A DNA stretch of 64,000 nt, taken from Eledone cirrhosa (Eukaryota). The notes below the pieces were generated by a model. That model was not told the DNA's origin and did not search any database. It saw nothing but the letters and a program-made list of their open reading frames with translations. This document shows, one piece after another, positions 1 to 14,369 of this stretch. A program made the position numbers and the translations under genes. The stretch lies in the NCBI GenBank assembly GCA_964016885.1, contig OZ024740.1:350982001-351046000 (forward strand). The letters run 5' to 3'. How positions within the stretch are numbered: position 1 is the stretch's first letter; each line of letters opens with the position of its first letter.

Positions 1-208
1 TGTCGAAACATCTCTTTGGATTTGTACGTGTGTTATATAGTTATAGAGGTATTTATTGATGCTTTAATTTATATTTTTAATTATCGTGTCTATAGTCTGC
101 CTTTCATATGTTATAGATTCCATACACTGGTGGGTTTTTTCCTGTTTTATTGATAGCGCACTGTATATCTCTCTCTGGTGTCTTACCTTTTCAACATATT
201 GTATTTTA
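1..208 (+). repeat. Interspersed repeat end (probable PLE pLTR), homologous to reverse complement of 60311-60510
   Basis: GATTTGTACGTGTGTTATATAGTTATAGAGGT...TTCCATACACTGGTGG...CTGTTTTATTGAT matches the reverse complement of 60311-60510; runs into (TA)n. Confidence 0.7.
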
Positions 209-445
<237 letters not shown>

Positions 446-861
446 AACGTGTATATGATAATGCATGTATGTAAATATGTATGATTGTAATCAAGATCAT
501 TCAGTGAAATGTTCTCGAGCATGAGTGCCTATACAAAATGTGTACATATGCGCGAGCATACGAGTCCATACGTGTCAGTTTTGTGTGTTTGCGACAATAA
601 GCGTATACATATATCTATATCAAACCATTATATATGGGCCCTATTGATATAACTCTTCACATTAAACAGATAATTATAACAGAGCTTGGTCTACTAAAAC
701 ATATCAACTTTGTATTAATAATCTTGTTGCAATACTGACATTTTACCCATCATTTTTCGCCTGTATTGCGTTTTTATCTATATTATTATATCTTATTAAC
801 CTTTTCATTACACACACCAGCATACACAATCATACACACACACAACAACTCACATAATCAT

Positions 862-896
<35 letters not shown>

Positions 897-1009
897 AGAG
901 AACAAATATGCATTGACATACCCCCACTCACGTACATCTCGCACCTTTCTATTTCTCTTTATATACTCATATATATGTTATATATATATATATATATACA
1001 CACACATAT

Positions 1010-1093
<84 letters not shown>

Positions 1094-1354
1094 TATATAA
1101 TTTCTGTTCTTCTCCATCATTATGCTTTGTCATGTATACCAGTAATGCTACAACAAAAGCCACTACTAATACTAATACTACTACAATTATTAATATTTAT
1201 TAATGTTATCAGATATCGAATTTCTCAGTCATTCCGTTTGATCTAGGTCGCAATTAGGCAAAAACATAATATAGACTTTTCTGTTTCATATCCTTGCATG
1301 CTTACATACTGAGAGTGAAACACATACACACGCACGCACGCGCGCATACACACT

Positions 1355-1437
<83 letters not shown>

Positions 1438-1874
1438 ATTTGGGGAAGGAGAAAGGAGAGACAGTGGGAAAAGAGGAGAGCAGTAAGCACACAGGAATGC
1501 TCAAACGTATATATCCACGGTTGCTCACATAAATATAGACCCATTGTAAAACACAAACATACAAATGGAAGCATAGCTATATATACATCCGTACATTTTC
1601 TCCCTATACAGCACACGTATATATTCTCATATATTTTAACACGTACATGCTAAAACACACATCTACATGACACGTCTAGATTCAATGGCTGATACCGATA
1701 TACAAACAGAAACCCTGTCACCATTTCATAATCTTACATTCATGCACATATACAACTACATGCACACACAAACATGGATGCAGGAATGCACATGCATATT
1801 TACATAGTCATATGCACATACGTGCGGAGATGCATATACACAGTGATTCTCTTAAAACTTCATAAACATACGCG

Positions 1875-2025
1875 CAGACATCACTGTTTGGTTAAGGAGT
1901 TTGCCTCGTAACCATATGGTTTCGGGTTCAGTCCTACGGCGTAACAACTTGGACAAATGAGACTCGAGGTGACTAATGTCATTTGAGAAAACCTTGGTAG
2001 ACGGAAGGTGCAACGTAATCCGTCT
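1875..2025 (+). mobile_element. Decayed tRNA-derived SINE (octopus-type; ...GGTTCAGTCC...TTGGTAGACGGAA)
   Basis: A/B-box-like head GTTTGGTTAAG...GGGTTCAGTCC and GGTAGACGGAAG segment; a possibly related minus-strand relic at about 58255-58375. Confidence 0.5.
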
Positions 2026-2039
2026 CATAGACACACAAT

Positions 2040-2148
2040 CTGTAATTTTAATAAATATTTGCTCTACGGTTCTTATATATCTGATATATATTTATCCTTA
2101 TCGAGCCCTCTTTGGATTTTAGTCTTCAAATTTATTATTATTACTATA
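2040..2148 (+). mobile_element. Family B PLE-like tail fragment
   Basis: Near-identical to 6775-6879 and to reverse complements at 5613-5720 and 36222-36330. Confidence 0.8.
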
Positions 2149-2181
<33 letters not shown>

Positions 2182-2307
2182 GTGTATATATATATGTATA
2201 TATATACATATATATGTATATCTATATGTGTATATATATATAAATGTAAATATATACGTATATGTAAATATATACGTATATATATATATACATATATATA
2301 TATATGC

Positions 2308-2366
<59 letters not shown>

Positions 2367-2368
2367 TA

Positions 2369-2642
2369 TTTCACCTCAATCGGCCCTGCTCTCTTCAACA
2401 TCACACCAGGACACGTCAAAACAGAAACTGACCACACAAAATTCAAGAAGTCTTTGGACAAATTCCTCCAAGTAATCCCGGACAAACCACCCACACCCGG
2501 ATATGTCTCCGCAAACAGTAATTCTCTTCTCGAATGGGCCATGGTGCCCAAATCCTGAATTGAAAGACTTCGCCAGGTGGTGCTATTAAGTTAGACATGG
2601 CCTGGGCCAATACTGGCCAAAACATTTCAAAGTTATTCAAAG

Positions 2643-2644
<2 letters not shown>
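2369..2644 (+). mobile_element. 3' end of CR1/L2-type LINE (ORF2 C-terminus, 3'UTR hairpin, short repeat tail) inside (TA)n
   Basis: Translates [13 protein letters not shown]...[21 protein letters not shown]...NSLLEW*; ends in (TTCAAAGTTA)2. Confidence 0.75.
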
Positions 2645-2723
<79 letters not shown>

Positions 2724-2853
2724 CGTATATATATATACATATATATAAATGTATATATATATGTATATATATATATATGTACACATATATGTATATATAC
2801 ATATATATATACATATATATACATATATATATATACATATATATATGTATATA

Positions 2854-2903
<50 letters not shown>

Positions 2904-2970
2904 CATATATATATATATACATATATATATACATATATATATATGTATATATATATACATATATATATAC

Positions 2971-3018
<48 letters not shown>

Positions 3019-3199
3019 GTATATATATGTATATATGTTTATATATGTATATATACATATATATATACATATATATATATGTATATATATATATGTATAT
3101 ATACATATATGTGTATATATATGTGTATATATATATATATAAAACATATATATATACATTTATATATATGTATATATATATATACGTATATATATATAC

Positions 3200-3277
<78 letters not shown>
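2644..3277. repeat. Long degenerate (TA)n tract
   Basis: Direct reading. Confidence 0.99.
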
Positions 3278-3281
<4 letters not shown>

Positions 3282-3508
3282 ATATTTTAGGAGGGTCATG
3301 TTGCCAATAAGAAACACACGCACCAGTTGCTTTCACTTCAATTTATTATAATAAATTTATAAATTTAGGAATTTATAAATTTCCGGTTGGTTGGTTGGTT
3401 CCACAACCAGATGATTGTTTATATATATATTGTCAAGGTTCTTTCGTCACACATTCTGTGACCTCTTCAGTGACTGGGGATTCTTTTCTTTGTTTTTGTG
3501 CCTCTCCT
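3277..3508 (-). mobile_element. Family A PLE pLTR fragment with hammerhead motif
   Basis: Diverged direct copy of 3548-3780; contains reverse complement of CTGAAGA..GAAA core at about 3432-3474. Confidence 0.8.
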
Positions 3509-4021
3509 ATATATACATATCTATATATATATATATATATACATATATTGTTATACTTAGGGAGGGTCATGTTGCCAATAAGAAACACACGCACCAGTTG
3601 CTTTCACTTCAATTTATTATAATAAATTTATAATAAATTTATAAATTTATAAATTTCTAGTTGGTTGGTTGGTTCCACAACCAGATAGTTGTTTATATAT
3701 TGTCATAGTTCTTTCGTCACACACTCTGTGCCCTCTTCAGTGACTGGGGATTCCTTTCTTTGTTTCTGTGCCTCTCCTTTGTTCTGTCCTACGCCATTTT
3801 GTTTCTGTGTGTGTGTTGTGTGCTCAGTCTGCGCATGCGCCACATCCGGGTGTCTGTGTGTGTTTATGTTCATTTATTTATTTGTTTATTTACATGTTAC
3901 TGGTTGGTTGTTTGTTCTATGTGTGTGTGTGTGTTTTCATTTTGTCCTTAATTGTAAGTTGTGATGTTGTTGTTCCACTCATATTTTCTATTTAATTTTG
4001 GTTGTAATTCTTTTATGTTTA

Positions 4022-4513
4022 TTGAGAAGGGCCCTAAACAAACATAAACTCAATATTAAGATAGTAGAAAGACCAGGTACCTCCATAAAAACACTTATTA
4101 GCAAGACATACCCTTTTCAAAGACCCTCATGTATAGATAAGAAATGTATAACCTGTAAAATAAGCCCCCATATTAACTGCAAAACTAAAAATGTAGTGTA
4201 TAGCATAAGATGTACTGAAGGACAATGTAGAGACAAAAATATAGTGTACATAGGTGAGACAGCTCGTAGTGTAGGAGAACGGATAAATGAACACTGGCGA
4301 GACCTTCAAGATAGTAAAGAATCATCTGTACTCTACCAACATGCTAAAATAGAACACAAGGGTAAATTAGAGAACATAGAAATAAAAATAGAATCTACAC
4401 ACAGAAAAGACGCAATGTTTAGACAAATTACAGAGGCAATACACATAAAAGAATTACAACCAAAATTGAATAGAAAATATGAGTGGAACAGCAACATCAC
4501 AACTTACAATTAA
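4022..4513 (+). CDS. PLE GIY-YIG endonuclease C-terminal portion (truncated)
   Basis: C..C..C motif, then NVVYSIRC...YIGETARSVGERINEH...R..TEA.HI....P.LN. Confidence 0.9.
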   Translation: MRRALNKHKLNIKIVERPGTSIKTLISKTYPFQRPSCIDKKCITCKISPHINCKTKNVVYSIRCTEGQCRDKNIVYIGETARSVGERINEHWRDLQDSKESSVLYQHAKIEHKGKLENIEIKIESTHRKDAMFRQITEAIHIKELQPKLNRKYEWNSNITTYN

Positions 4514-4712
4514 GGACAAAATGAAAACACACACACACATAGAACAAACAACCAACCAGTAACATGTAAATAAACAAATAAATAAATGAACATAAACACA
4601 CACAGACACCCGGATGTGGCGCATGCGCAGACTGAGCACACAACACACACAGAAACAAAATGGCGTAGGACAGAATAAAGGAGAGGCACAGAAACAAAGA
4701 AAGGAATCCCCA

Positions 4713-4755
4713 GTCACTGAAGAGGTCACAGAGTGTGTGACGAAAGAACTATGAC
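4713..4755 (+). ncRNA. Minimal type I hammerhead ribozyme (PLE-type); antisense copy at 3702-3744
   Basis: GTCA-CTGAAGA-G-GTCACA gagtg TGTGAC-GAAA-GAAC-TA-TGAC: stems I and II pair, core intact. Confidence 0.8.
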
Positions 4756-5070
4756 AATATATAAACAACTATCTGGTTGTGGAACCAACCAACCAACCAG
4801 AAATTTATAAATTTATAAATTTATTATAAATTTATTATAATAAATTGAAGTGAAAGCAACTGGTGCGTGTGTTTCTTATTGGCAACATGACCCTCCCTAA
4901 GTATAACAATATCGGTTTCAACACACGATTTCAGATAAAGAATCTTGCTAAACAAATTCAGAAACGAAATATATACATATATATATATACATATATATAT
5001 ATACATATATATATATACATATATATATATACATATATATATGTATATATATATATACGTATATATTTAC

Positions 5071-5111
<41 letters not shown>

Positions 5112-5476
5112 ATTGGTTATGCACGAATGCATTAATGTTTTCCAGTACACAGTGTTATGTACCGTGTAGTGGAATGTCAGCTTACAACAGAGTGGTGCTC
5201 AATGAAATGCAGAAAAAAGGTGTATATTCCAGTTTAGCTATATTCCGGGGCGTGTATAAGGAATTAAAAAGAACAGAAAGATGCAGTAAAAGAGATTTAT
5301 TCGGTTCTTACGTACGTTTCAATAGACATCTATTTGCCTAGATCTCGCTACATCTATAATATTATATATTTAGTAGAGCATTCGATATCCAATGCACAAT
5401 CGATCCCATATCATATTTTTTAATATATATATGTATATATATACATATATATATATACACACATATATATATATAT

Positions 5477-6036
<560 letters not shown>

Positions 6037-6323
6037 TCTATACGTAGTGTATGTTTATTGATTGTGTTTATTTTCTGTAATCTAACGGTTTGACGAAAGG
6101 AAATCGAAAAAATTAGCAGTTAGCTTTAAAAAACATACATCGAATGACTGAACACAGTAAAAGAATACACTAACATTCATAATCCTCACAGAATGTAACA
6201 TTTACGTCGTTTTGTCTTTGCGTGTAATTGTTCTCAACGCTCCACATAATGACGTATTATCTTCGATTCTTCCGTTCATTGCCAGAGAACGTCTCCATGA
6301 ACCACCCAATAGACTTCATTTAT

Positions 6324-6510
6324 TGTTTCTACTTTAGGCACAAGGCCAGCAATTATCCAGTACATTACTGGTACTTTATTTTATCGACCCCGTAAGGATG
6401 AAAGGCAAAGTTAACCTCGGCGGGATTTGAACTCAGATCATAAAGGGAGGTAACTCTATGCTTCAAAGCATGGTGTCCGACTCTCTACCGATACTGCCAA
6501 TCCACCGCCT
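6324..6510 (-). mobile_element. tRNA-derived SINE with 16-bp TSD
   Basis: Reverse complement has GGCGGTGGATTGGCAG..GAGTTCAAATCCCGCC..CTTTGCCTTTCATCCTTACGGGGTCGATAAAATAAAGTACCAG; TSD AATAGACTTCATTTAT at 6308-6323 and 6511-6526. Confidence 0.9.
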
Positions 6511-6526
6511 AATAGACTTCATTTAT

Positions 6527-6876
6527 GCCATAAATGTGGTTTTGTCTTTGCGCGTAATTGTTTTCACCGCACGCACCAATTAATGACGTATTATCTTCGT
6601 TTTTTTCTGTTCTTTGCCAGGGAACGTTTCCACGAACCAAAGTATCGTCTTCCTCTCTTCCTTCGGTTGCAACGTTTTTTAAAATGTTTACTTCTGCGTT
6701 CACAGATTGACGTTTTTAGTTTCAGAAGATCCCGTTAAAGGGGAAAGCAGGCGATTCTTTGCTTAAACTTTAATCTGTTATTTTAATAAATATTTGCTCT
6801 ACGGTTCTTATATATCTGATATATATTTATCCTTATCGAGCCCTCTTTGGATTTTCATTTTCAAATTTATTATTAC

Positions 6877-6879
<3 letters not shown>
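6527..6879 (+). mobile_element. Family B PLE-like 3' end (longer copy)
   Basis: Homologous to 5613-5972 and 36222-36445; ends in (TA)n. Confidence 0.8.
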
Positions 6880-6953
<74 letters not shown>

Positions 6954-7004
6954 TCTTTTACCTGTTCAAGCCATCCGGCTGAGAACACATATATATACAA
7001 TGAT

Positions 7005-7084
<80 letters not shown>

Positions 7085-8159
7085 TAAACATTTCCCTCTC
7101 ACACATTCATAATCATATACTCTCAGTAACATACAAATACTCACTCCACCATAAATACTCACGCACGCATGCACACACGCACATACACAAAATCATGCTA
7201 TCAAACAATCACAAATCAATATTCCATTACAGTTAACCAAAAGGTACTACATTCATTTTCTTGCTATAATTGAATTCGTACAAACGTTCTCATTTTAATT
7301 ACACTACAAAATATTTAGAACGAAATGAACATATTTCATATTTGGGAGAGGCATAGTCGATGGAAGGAATATTTCAACTGACCCTCGTATATAAATTATT
7401 GATAGTGAAAATTCCAATGTAAAATAGGCGTTGGCTGGATTTGAACTCACGTACGTAGAGATGGGAAACGGAATGTTATGAAGCTCTTCTGTTTTTGTTG
7501 ATTCGTATATATATCATGGGCGCTTGATCTGCTATAAGTAGTAGCGAAATATCACTCAATTCTTAGAAATGGAAACTGTAGTTTTCTATATCCATTAAAA
7601 TACTGATTTGAAGGATATTTGATTGCTATTTCTAAGAATCTTATTTGAGTACGCGCTAATTTTGGAGAGATGCCTTGGAGCAGTAATTCTCACCCCTATG
7701 TGTTGTGAGTTCAAATACCACAATATTCGACTTTCATATGTTTGGGATCGGTAAAAATATCAGTTCGATGAAGTCATCCGACTACAAATATTGGGTTTGT
7801 ACTCATTCAAAAGAATGTGTTCCTCAACTTGACACATCTAACTGAAAAATAAATTGAATGACATTAAAACGCTTGTCATTGGCTGGAACAATATATATGA
7901 AGTGTAATGACCATAAGAGAAAACCGAAACCGAATCTGTCTCACTATAGAGCCCCGGAAAATACCTCTGCTTTAAGGAACTCGCATCAGTTGTCTTCCTG
8001 TGAGACATGGTTACGCATTGTTTAAATTGTTACTTGTCTATAAATGGTGATTATTTTTTCCACCCCAGAAAGGAAAAAAGAAAATCGACCTTAGTACGAG
8101 CTGAACACTTGTCTGGTATTTATCCGTTTTTACAACTCCCCACCACACTTACAAATAAC

Positions 8160-8410
8160 GGCTTCTGATTTACGCACAAAGCCAACGATTTGGGGAGAGA
8201 CGAAAGTCGATTAAATTGACCCCAGTGCGTTACTGGTACTATTTTATCGACTCCGTAAAGGCAAAGCTAACCTCACCATAGTTACAAAAACGGTTTCTGA
8301 TTTAGGCAGAATGTCAACGATTTAGGGAGAGGGGAAAGTCGATTAAATCGATCCCAGTGCTTTACTGATACTATTTTATCGATCCCGTAAGGATGAAAAG
8401 CAACTCACCA
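8160..8410 (-). mobile_element. Two tandem SINE 3' fragments (same family as 6324-6510)
   Basis: Duplicated AAAGTCGATTAAAT.GA.CCCAGTGC.TTACTG.TACTATTTTATCGA. Confidence 0.7.
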
Positions 8411-9755
8411 TGGTTACAAATAACAGTATCACTTTGGTACATGTTGACAAAATGTTTATAGAGAGCTACAGTCGATATAGGGAAAAAAACAAGTATCCCA
8501 GAAACAGTTGATTTACTTATTCCTAGTATTTGATAAGCAATATTTTATCGATCCTTATTTACTTCTTGAGAAGAAGATCTACAATAATGACCATAATATA
8601 TTACTGGTATTATTTTCATTTATCGCGGAACGATCCAAGGCAAGGTGACTCTGCCAAATTAAAGACGTATAAAACTAAACCATTCAAGACATTTAACCAG
8701 ATAATCTACACTCCTTACGAACTCACTTACTTATTACTTAACAATAAGACTTATTTACGGGTTTGTTTATGCATTCCAAAACAGGGTATAATAAAAGAAC
8801 AAGAAGTAATGTTACAGTGCCAAGGAAATATCAAAGTCCACTGATTGAGACGTAACAAATCTAACATTGATTTTTAAGATGGGTTCAACTTATACTTACT
8901 TTATAGACCTCAGAAAGGAGGAATAGTAAAATCCCATTTGGCGAAATTCGAACTCAGAACTTAATAATAAAAAACATTTATTCTTTCAACGTACTAATTA
9001 TTCTGTCAATTCATCGCCCTTTCTTGGCATCGCTAGTTTAATAGGCGGCGCATCAGTTTCGTAATCTATGTTGAAATATTGCCAAGATACTGACTTATAA
9101 CTTTCGGAGATTTGTAAAATAAATGTCAGAAATATATTCTAATTGTTACTGTTACATCATATTATTGGTGTGTCTTTGTGGACAGTTAGCTTTAATTGGG
9201 GAAAGAATTTAAAGAAATAAAGAGCCTAGGATTTACTCATAGATTAACGATGTATATCCAGTAAATGACAACTCGATTACCAATACAGCGGGTATAGGAA
9301 TATATAAATATAAGGGACAGTATCTGCATGTATTTCATATAGTTGTGAAATAAAGCCCCGCCAGAGCCTTTTCAGCAGTATTCATCATGGAGTGTATATG
9401 TCCATTTCGCCAGTTTTTCATTCTTTTTTTTATGGTGGTGGGGATTATTGAACACTCGATATTATTAGTTGCCAATTCAGCTGGCCTTGTGCCGAAATTA
9501 GAAATCATTATTTACCAATTCATCAATATTCACAAGCCACGTTCTCCGAATCCTTTGAATGACGGTAGGTGAAGGCTATCGATTAAAACGTAAGCAAGTA
9601 TGCGCCTAGACAAAAAGTAATTTATATTTAAAAAATAACCAAAAGAGCAGCTGTTTCTGAATACCAAAACATCGTTTAATTACATTAATAAAAATGTTTA
9701 TTTTCCTATGCAGACGCAGACGTAATATGAACATGAACAGATTAGTAAATAAATG

Positions 9756-10093
<338 letters not shown>

Positions 10094-10389
10094 TATATAT
10101 ATATATATACGACAAAACTATATATCCTCGACTGTTTTTAAGTCCAGCATTCGCAAGATTGGGAGGGATCGTCCTGGTGAGAACCAGTTAAGTGCGCAGT
10201 ACATCGATGATCGTCCCACTTGCTTCTACTGGACACCACCAGAGGGCTATACCTCCCACCCACCCCGGTGTTTTTTTTTGCATAGCTACGGGTTTCTAAA
10301 TGTTTATCTATAAACATACCGTTTTTCTTTAGAAATACTAAATTCCAATACATATTTGTATACAGCTATTCCTGAAGCTAAATCTTAAC

Positions 10390-10443
<54 letters not shown>

Positions 10444-10535
10444 ACGAAGTAAGTGAGGTAAGGAACCAGGTGGACCAACCATAACGCACCACAGTACTCG
10501 ATACTTTGGGTTGTAGAGTGGGTCCTGAACATTTT

Positions 10536-11421
<886 letters not shown>

Positions 11422-11599
11422 ATATATATAGTAAATATATATGGAGGTGAGTGTGTTTGAGTATGTATGTTTGTGTCTTTACTCAAAATGAAAATTAATC
11501 GAAATAGTAGTTAAATAACAAATATCACGCCGTATAATAACACTGAATAAAACCGGTTACAATTAGGAAATAACTGCTGATTTACAAACGTAAATATCA

Positions 11600-12785
11600 G
11601 TATGAATCGAAGAAATGAATTTTGTGCTGAATGTTAGTGTTAAAAGAGGGGCTGAGCTGTCAACTGATCACCATCTAGTTATCTGCAGCTTGAGACTACC
11701 TAAAGTCAAAGAAGCCCATAAAACTGGCAGGTCCAGGACGACCTACTGGATAATGTGGGAAGCGTTGGTCGATAAGGAAATCTGGACCAGGTTTGTAGAT
11801 ACTATTGCATCCAAATTCAGAAAACTCCCTGAGCAATCTGAGGACGTATTGACAGAGGGAAGATTGTTCAGCTCAACAATTGCTGCTTCAGCTGTAAATA
11901 CTGCGGTCGAATGAGGCATGGTGTGGTGCCGGATGGCAGGAGCACTTCTTGGTTCAATCAAGAGATCAAGGATGCCATCCGTACAAAGAAGGAGACCTAC
12001 AAAGCTCGGCTTGGAAATAAGTCACCCTTGTTGCACTTGCAGTACAAGCAGGCACGAACAATCGCCACCTAGACAGTAAAGGCGTCCAAAGTTAAGATAT
12101 GGGAGGACTTTGGGTTTAAGCTGGAATCCGACTGCAGATCAGCAAATAAAGTGTTCTGACAGACCATCCACCGACTTCGTAATAAGAAGCCCTCCTCCAC
12201 ACCTGCTATCAGTAACGTGTCTGGGGTTCTCTTTTCTCCAGAGGAGTGCATTCTTGCAAGGTGGAGAGAATAATTTACTGATCTACTAAACTCGACAACA
12301 ACAGCATCTTCAGTTGTACACGAGGTGCATCTGGGAGCGGTGACAAATATCTTGGTAGCGGAGGTCACCCGAGTAGCTAAAAAGCTCAAATGTGGCAAGG
12401 CTGCTGGTGTAGTTGAAATCCAGCCCGAGATGTTAAAATCCTTAAATAGAGAAGGTATTCTCTGGTTGACTCATCTGTACCAGGTGGCCTGGATCTCTGG
12501 AAAGGCACCTAACCAATGGCAATCGGGAGTGATTATACCTATTTTCAGAAAGGGAGACAAGTGAGATTATATCAATTACAGTGGGATCTCTTTGTTAAGC
12601 TTCCCCGGTAAACTCTATGTTAACTGTCTGGCAAAGAGATGCAGGGAGATTGTTGAATCCAAGCTAGCTGATGAACAGTGTGGTTTTCGTCCCGGACGCA
12701 GCACAGTCAACCAAATATTTACACGGGCAGTGAAATCGTAGGAGTATTGCCTAGAGGTATATTCTTGTTTTGTTGACCTCAAAAA
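11600..12785 (+). mobile_element. Decayed RTE-clade LINE fragment (APE C-terminus to RT N-terminus), Rex3/Expander-like
   Basis: VKRGAELSTDHHLV; GKAAGVVEIQPEMLK; WQSGVIIPIFRKGD; EQCGFRPGRSTVNQIF; FVDL; multiple stops. Confidence 0.88.
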
Positions 12786-12789
12786 TGCA

Positions 12790-13230
12790 TCAATCTAATT
12801 AAAAAGTATCAATCTAAAAAAATATATATATAAATCTAAAAAAATCGATTAAGAGTATCATTAGGAAAAGAATATCAATTGGTAAAAATACTAAATTTAA
12901 GAAGATCATTTAAAAAAATGTTTAATTTAAAAAAAAACCTCAGTAAATAACAGGATCATTTTCAAGATGTATAAGATGTAGTCAAGTGTAATGAATATTA
13001 TAGATTAAAAATACTTCGAAAAGTGGATTTTTGGTGATGTCTACGGGAACTAAATATTTCGCTTTTTAAATTAATAGAATTTTGACAGTTAATTATATAA
13101 AATATTTCCTCGATACACAAATGACAGATTCTTGAGAAAGCCATATTTCGGTATGCAGGTGCTTACGAAATCGTTCCCCAAGATATTGAATAGTCTATAT
13201 TATTGTCCTTTAAATTCCAAATTAGATGTT
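12790..13230 (-). mobile_element. Family F Naiad-type PLE fragment (GIY-YIG C-terminus + 3'UTR), abutting the end of the RTE fragment
   Basis: Diverged reverse complement of about 14590-14985 (IWNLKDNNI..SISW..CHLCIE..CRH-like). Confidence 0.8.
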
Positions 13231-13494
13231 AAGGCGGCCGTTACACACACACACACACACACACATATACATATGAATATGTGTGTTTATTTCATTATTA
13301 TATTGTCCCAAACTCCCCTATGGTCGAGTTAACCAGGTGTGTACTAACTGCTTTTTCTAGCAAGTACATTACTCGCTCACTGTCCACCTTTACTACTCTT
13401 CTGTGACCACTGTATCACGTGTTAATTTCTACCTCCGATTCTCTAGAATTTCTCACTTGATACGAACGCGCCAAGAAACAGTCTTTTTGTGAGG

Positions 13495-13589
13495 AGTCTT
13501 CTGATAAGCCCTATCAAACTCACAGCGATGATGCATTTTTATAGTGGAGAATAGGTACAAACGGATTCTGCGAAACTGCAGTCGGGACT
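13495..13589 (+). ncRNA. Hammerhead-like motif with extended stem II (core CUGAUAA)
   Basis: AGTCTT-CTGATAA-GC...GC-GAAA-CTGCAG-TC-GGGACT; stem I pairs with G-U, palindromic stem III. Confidence 0.55.
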
Positions 13590-13946
13590 TTGAAGAAAAA
13601 ATAGCTATATATATATATATATCAGCGCCTTGGGTCCTATTCCACTCTTGGACTCAACTCACCTCCCCATTTTCTCTAATACCCCGTCCATTATCACACC
13701 CCTAGATTCCTGTTGCTTTCTCTTTATCATTAGCAGCTTCTTTTACAACTAATACATGCTGACTATATATGGTCATTCCAATTTTCCATTCACTGCTCTG
13801 TACACACATACACACCCTTATATTAACATACTTTTGCTCATAGCTTCGTACTTACATGCACAGACACTCCTTTACTCACATATACACACACATTTCTTCT
13901 TAGCTTCGTACGGACGTATAATAACACACACACACACGCGCGCACG

Positions 13947-14020
<74 letters not shown>

Positions 14021-14247
14021 CTTACGCACGTGCTCAAGTATAGCTCTTTTCACAAAACATTTTTTTTCTATTTCAGGTAGACGCGCTCCATCATCCACTT
14101 TTCTAAAAAAATAAATCATACGCAAAACGCCAGCACCAACAATTTTGCAAGAGATGTCAACATGAATGGACCTGTTATTTTTATCTAAAGACATTTTCTC
14201 CAATTCCATCCCACCCGTCCCCTCAATCTATCTTATTTTTCATTCTT

Positions 14248-14283
14248 TCTTCTGATGAAGGACTAGCGTTCGAAACGTTAAGA
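14248..14283 (+). ncRNA. Minimal type I hammerhead ribozyme (PLE-type)
   Basis: TCTT-CTGATGA-A-GGAC tagc GTTC-GAAACGTT-AAGA; canonical core, palindromic stem III AACGTT. Confidence 0.8.
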
Positions 14284-14369
14284 CCCTCTTCCTTCTATAG
14301 CAGGCGTTAACCTAATATATCCATTCCATATACTGTACCGATTGTGTTGTTATTTATGTTTCCGTTCCT

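Larger units (their letters stand above)
3548..4970 (+). mobile_element. 5'-truncated Penelope-like element (family A) with inverted pLTR arms 3548-4023 / 4438-4910 and ~60-nt tail
   Basis: About 470-bp near-perfect inverted repeat flanking a GIY-YIG ORF; flanked by (TA)n. Confidence 0.92.
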
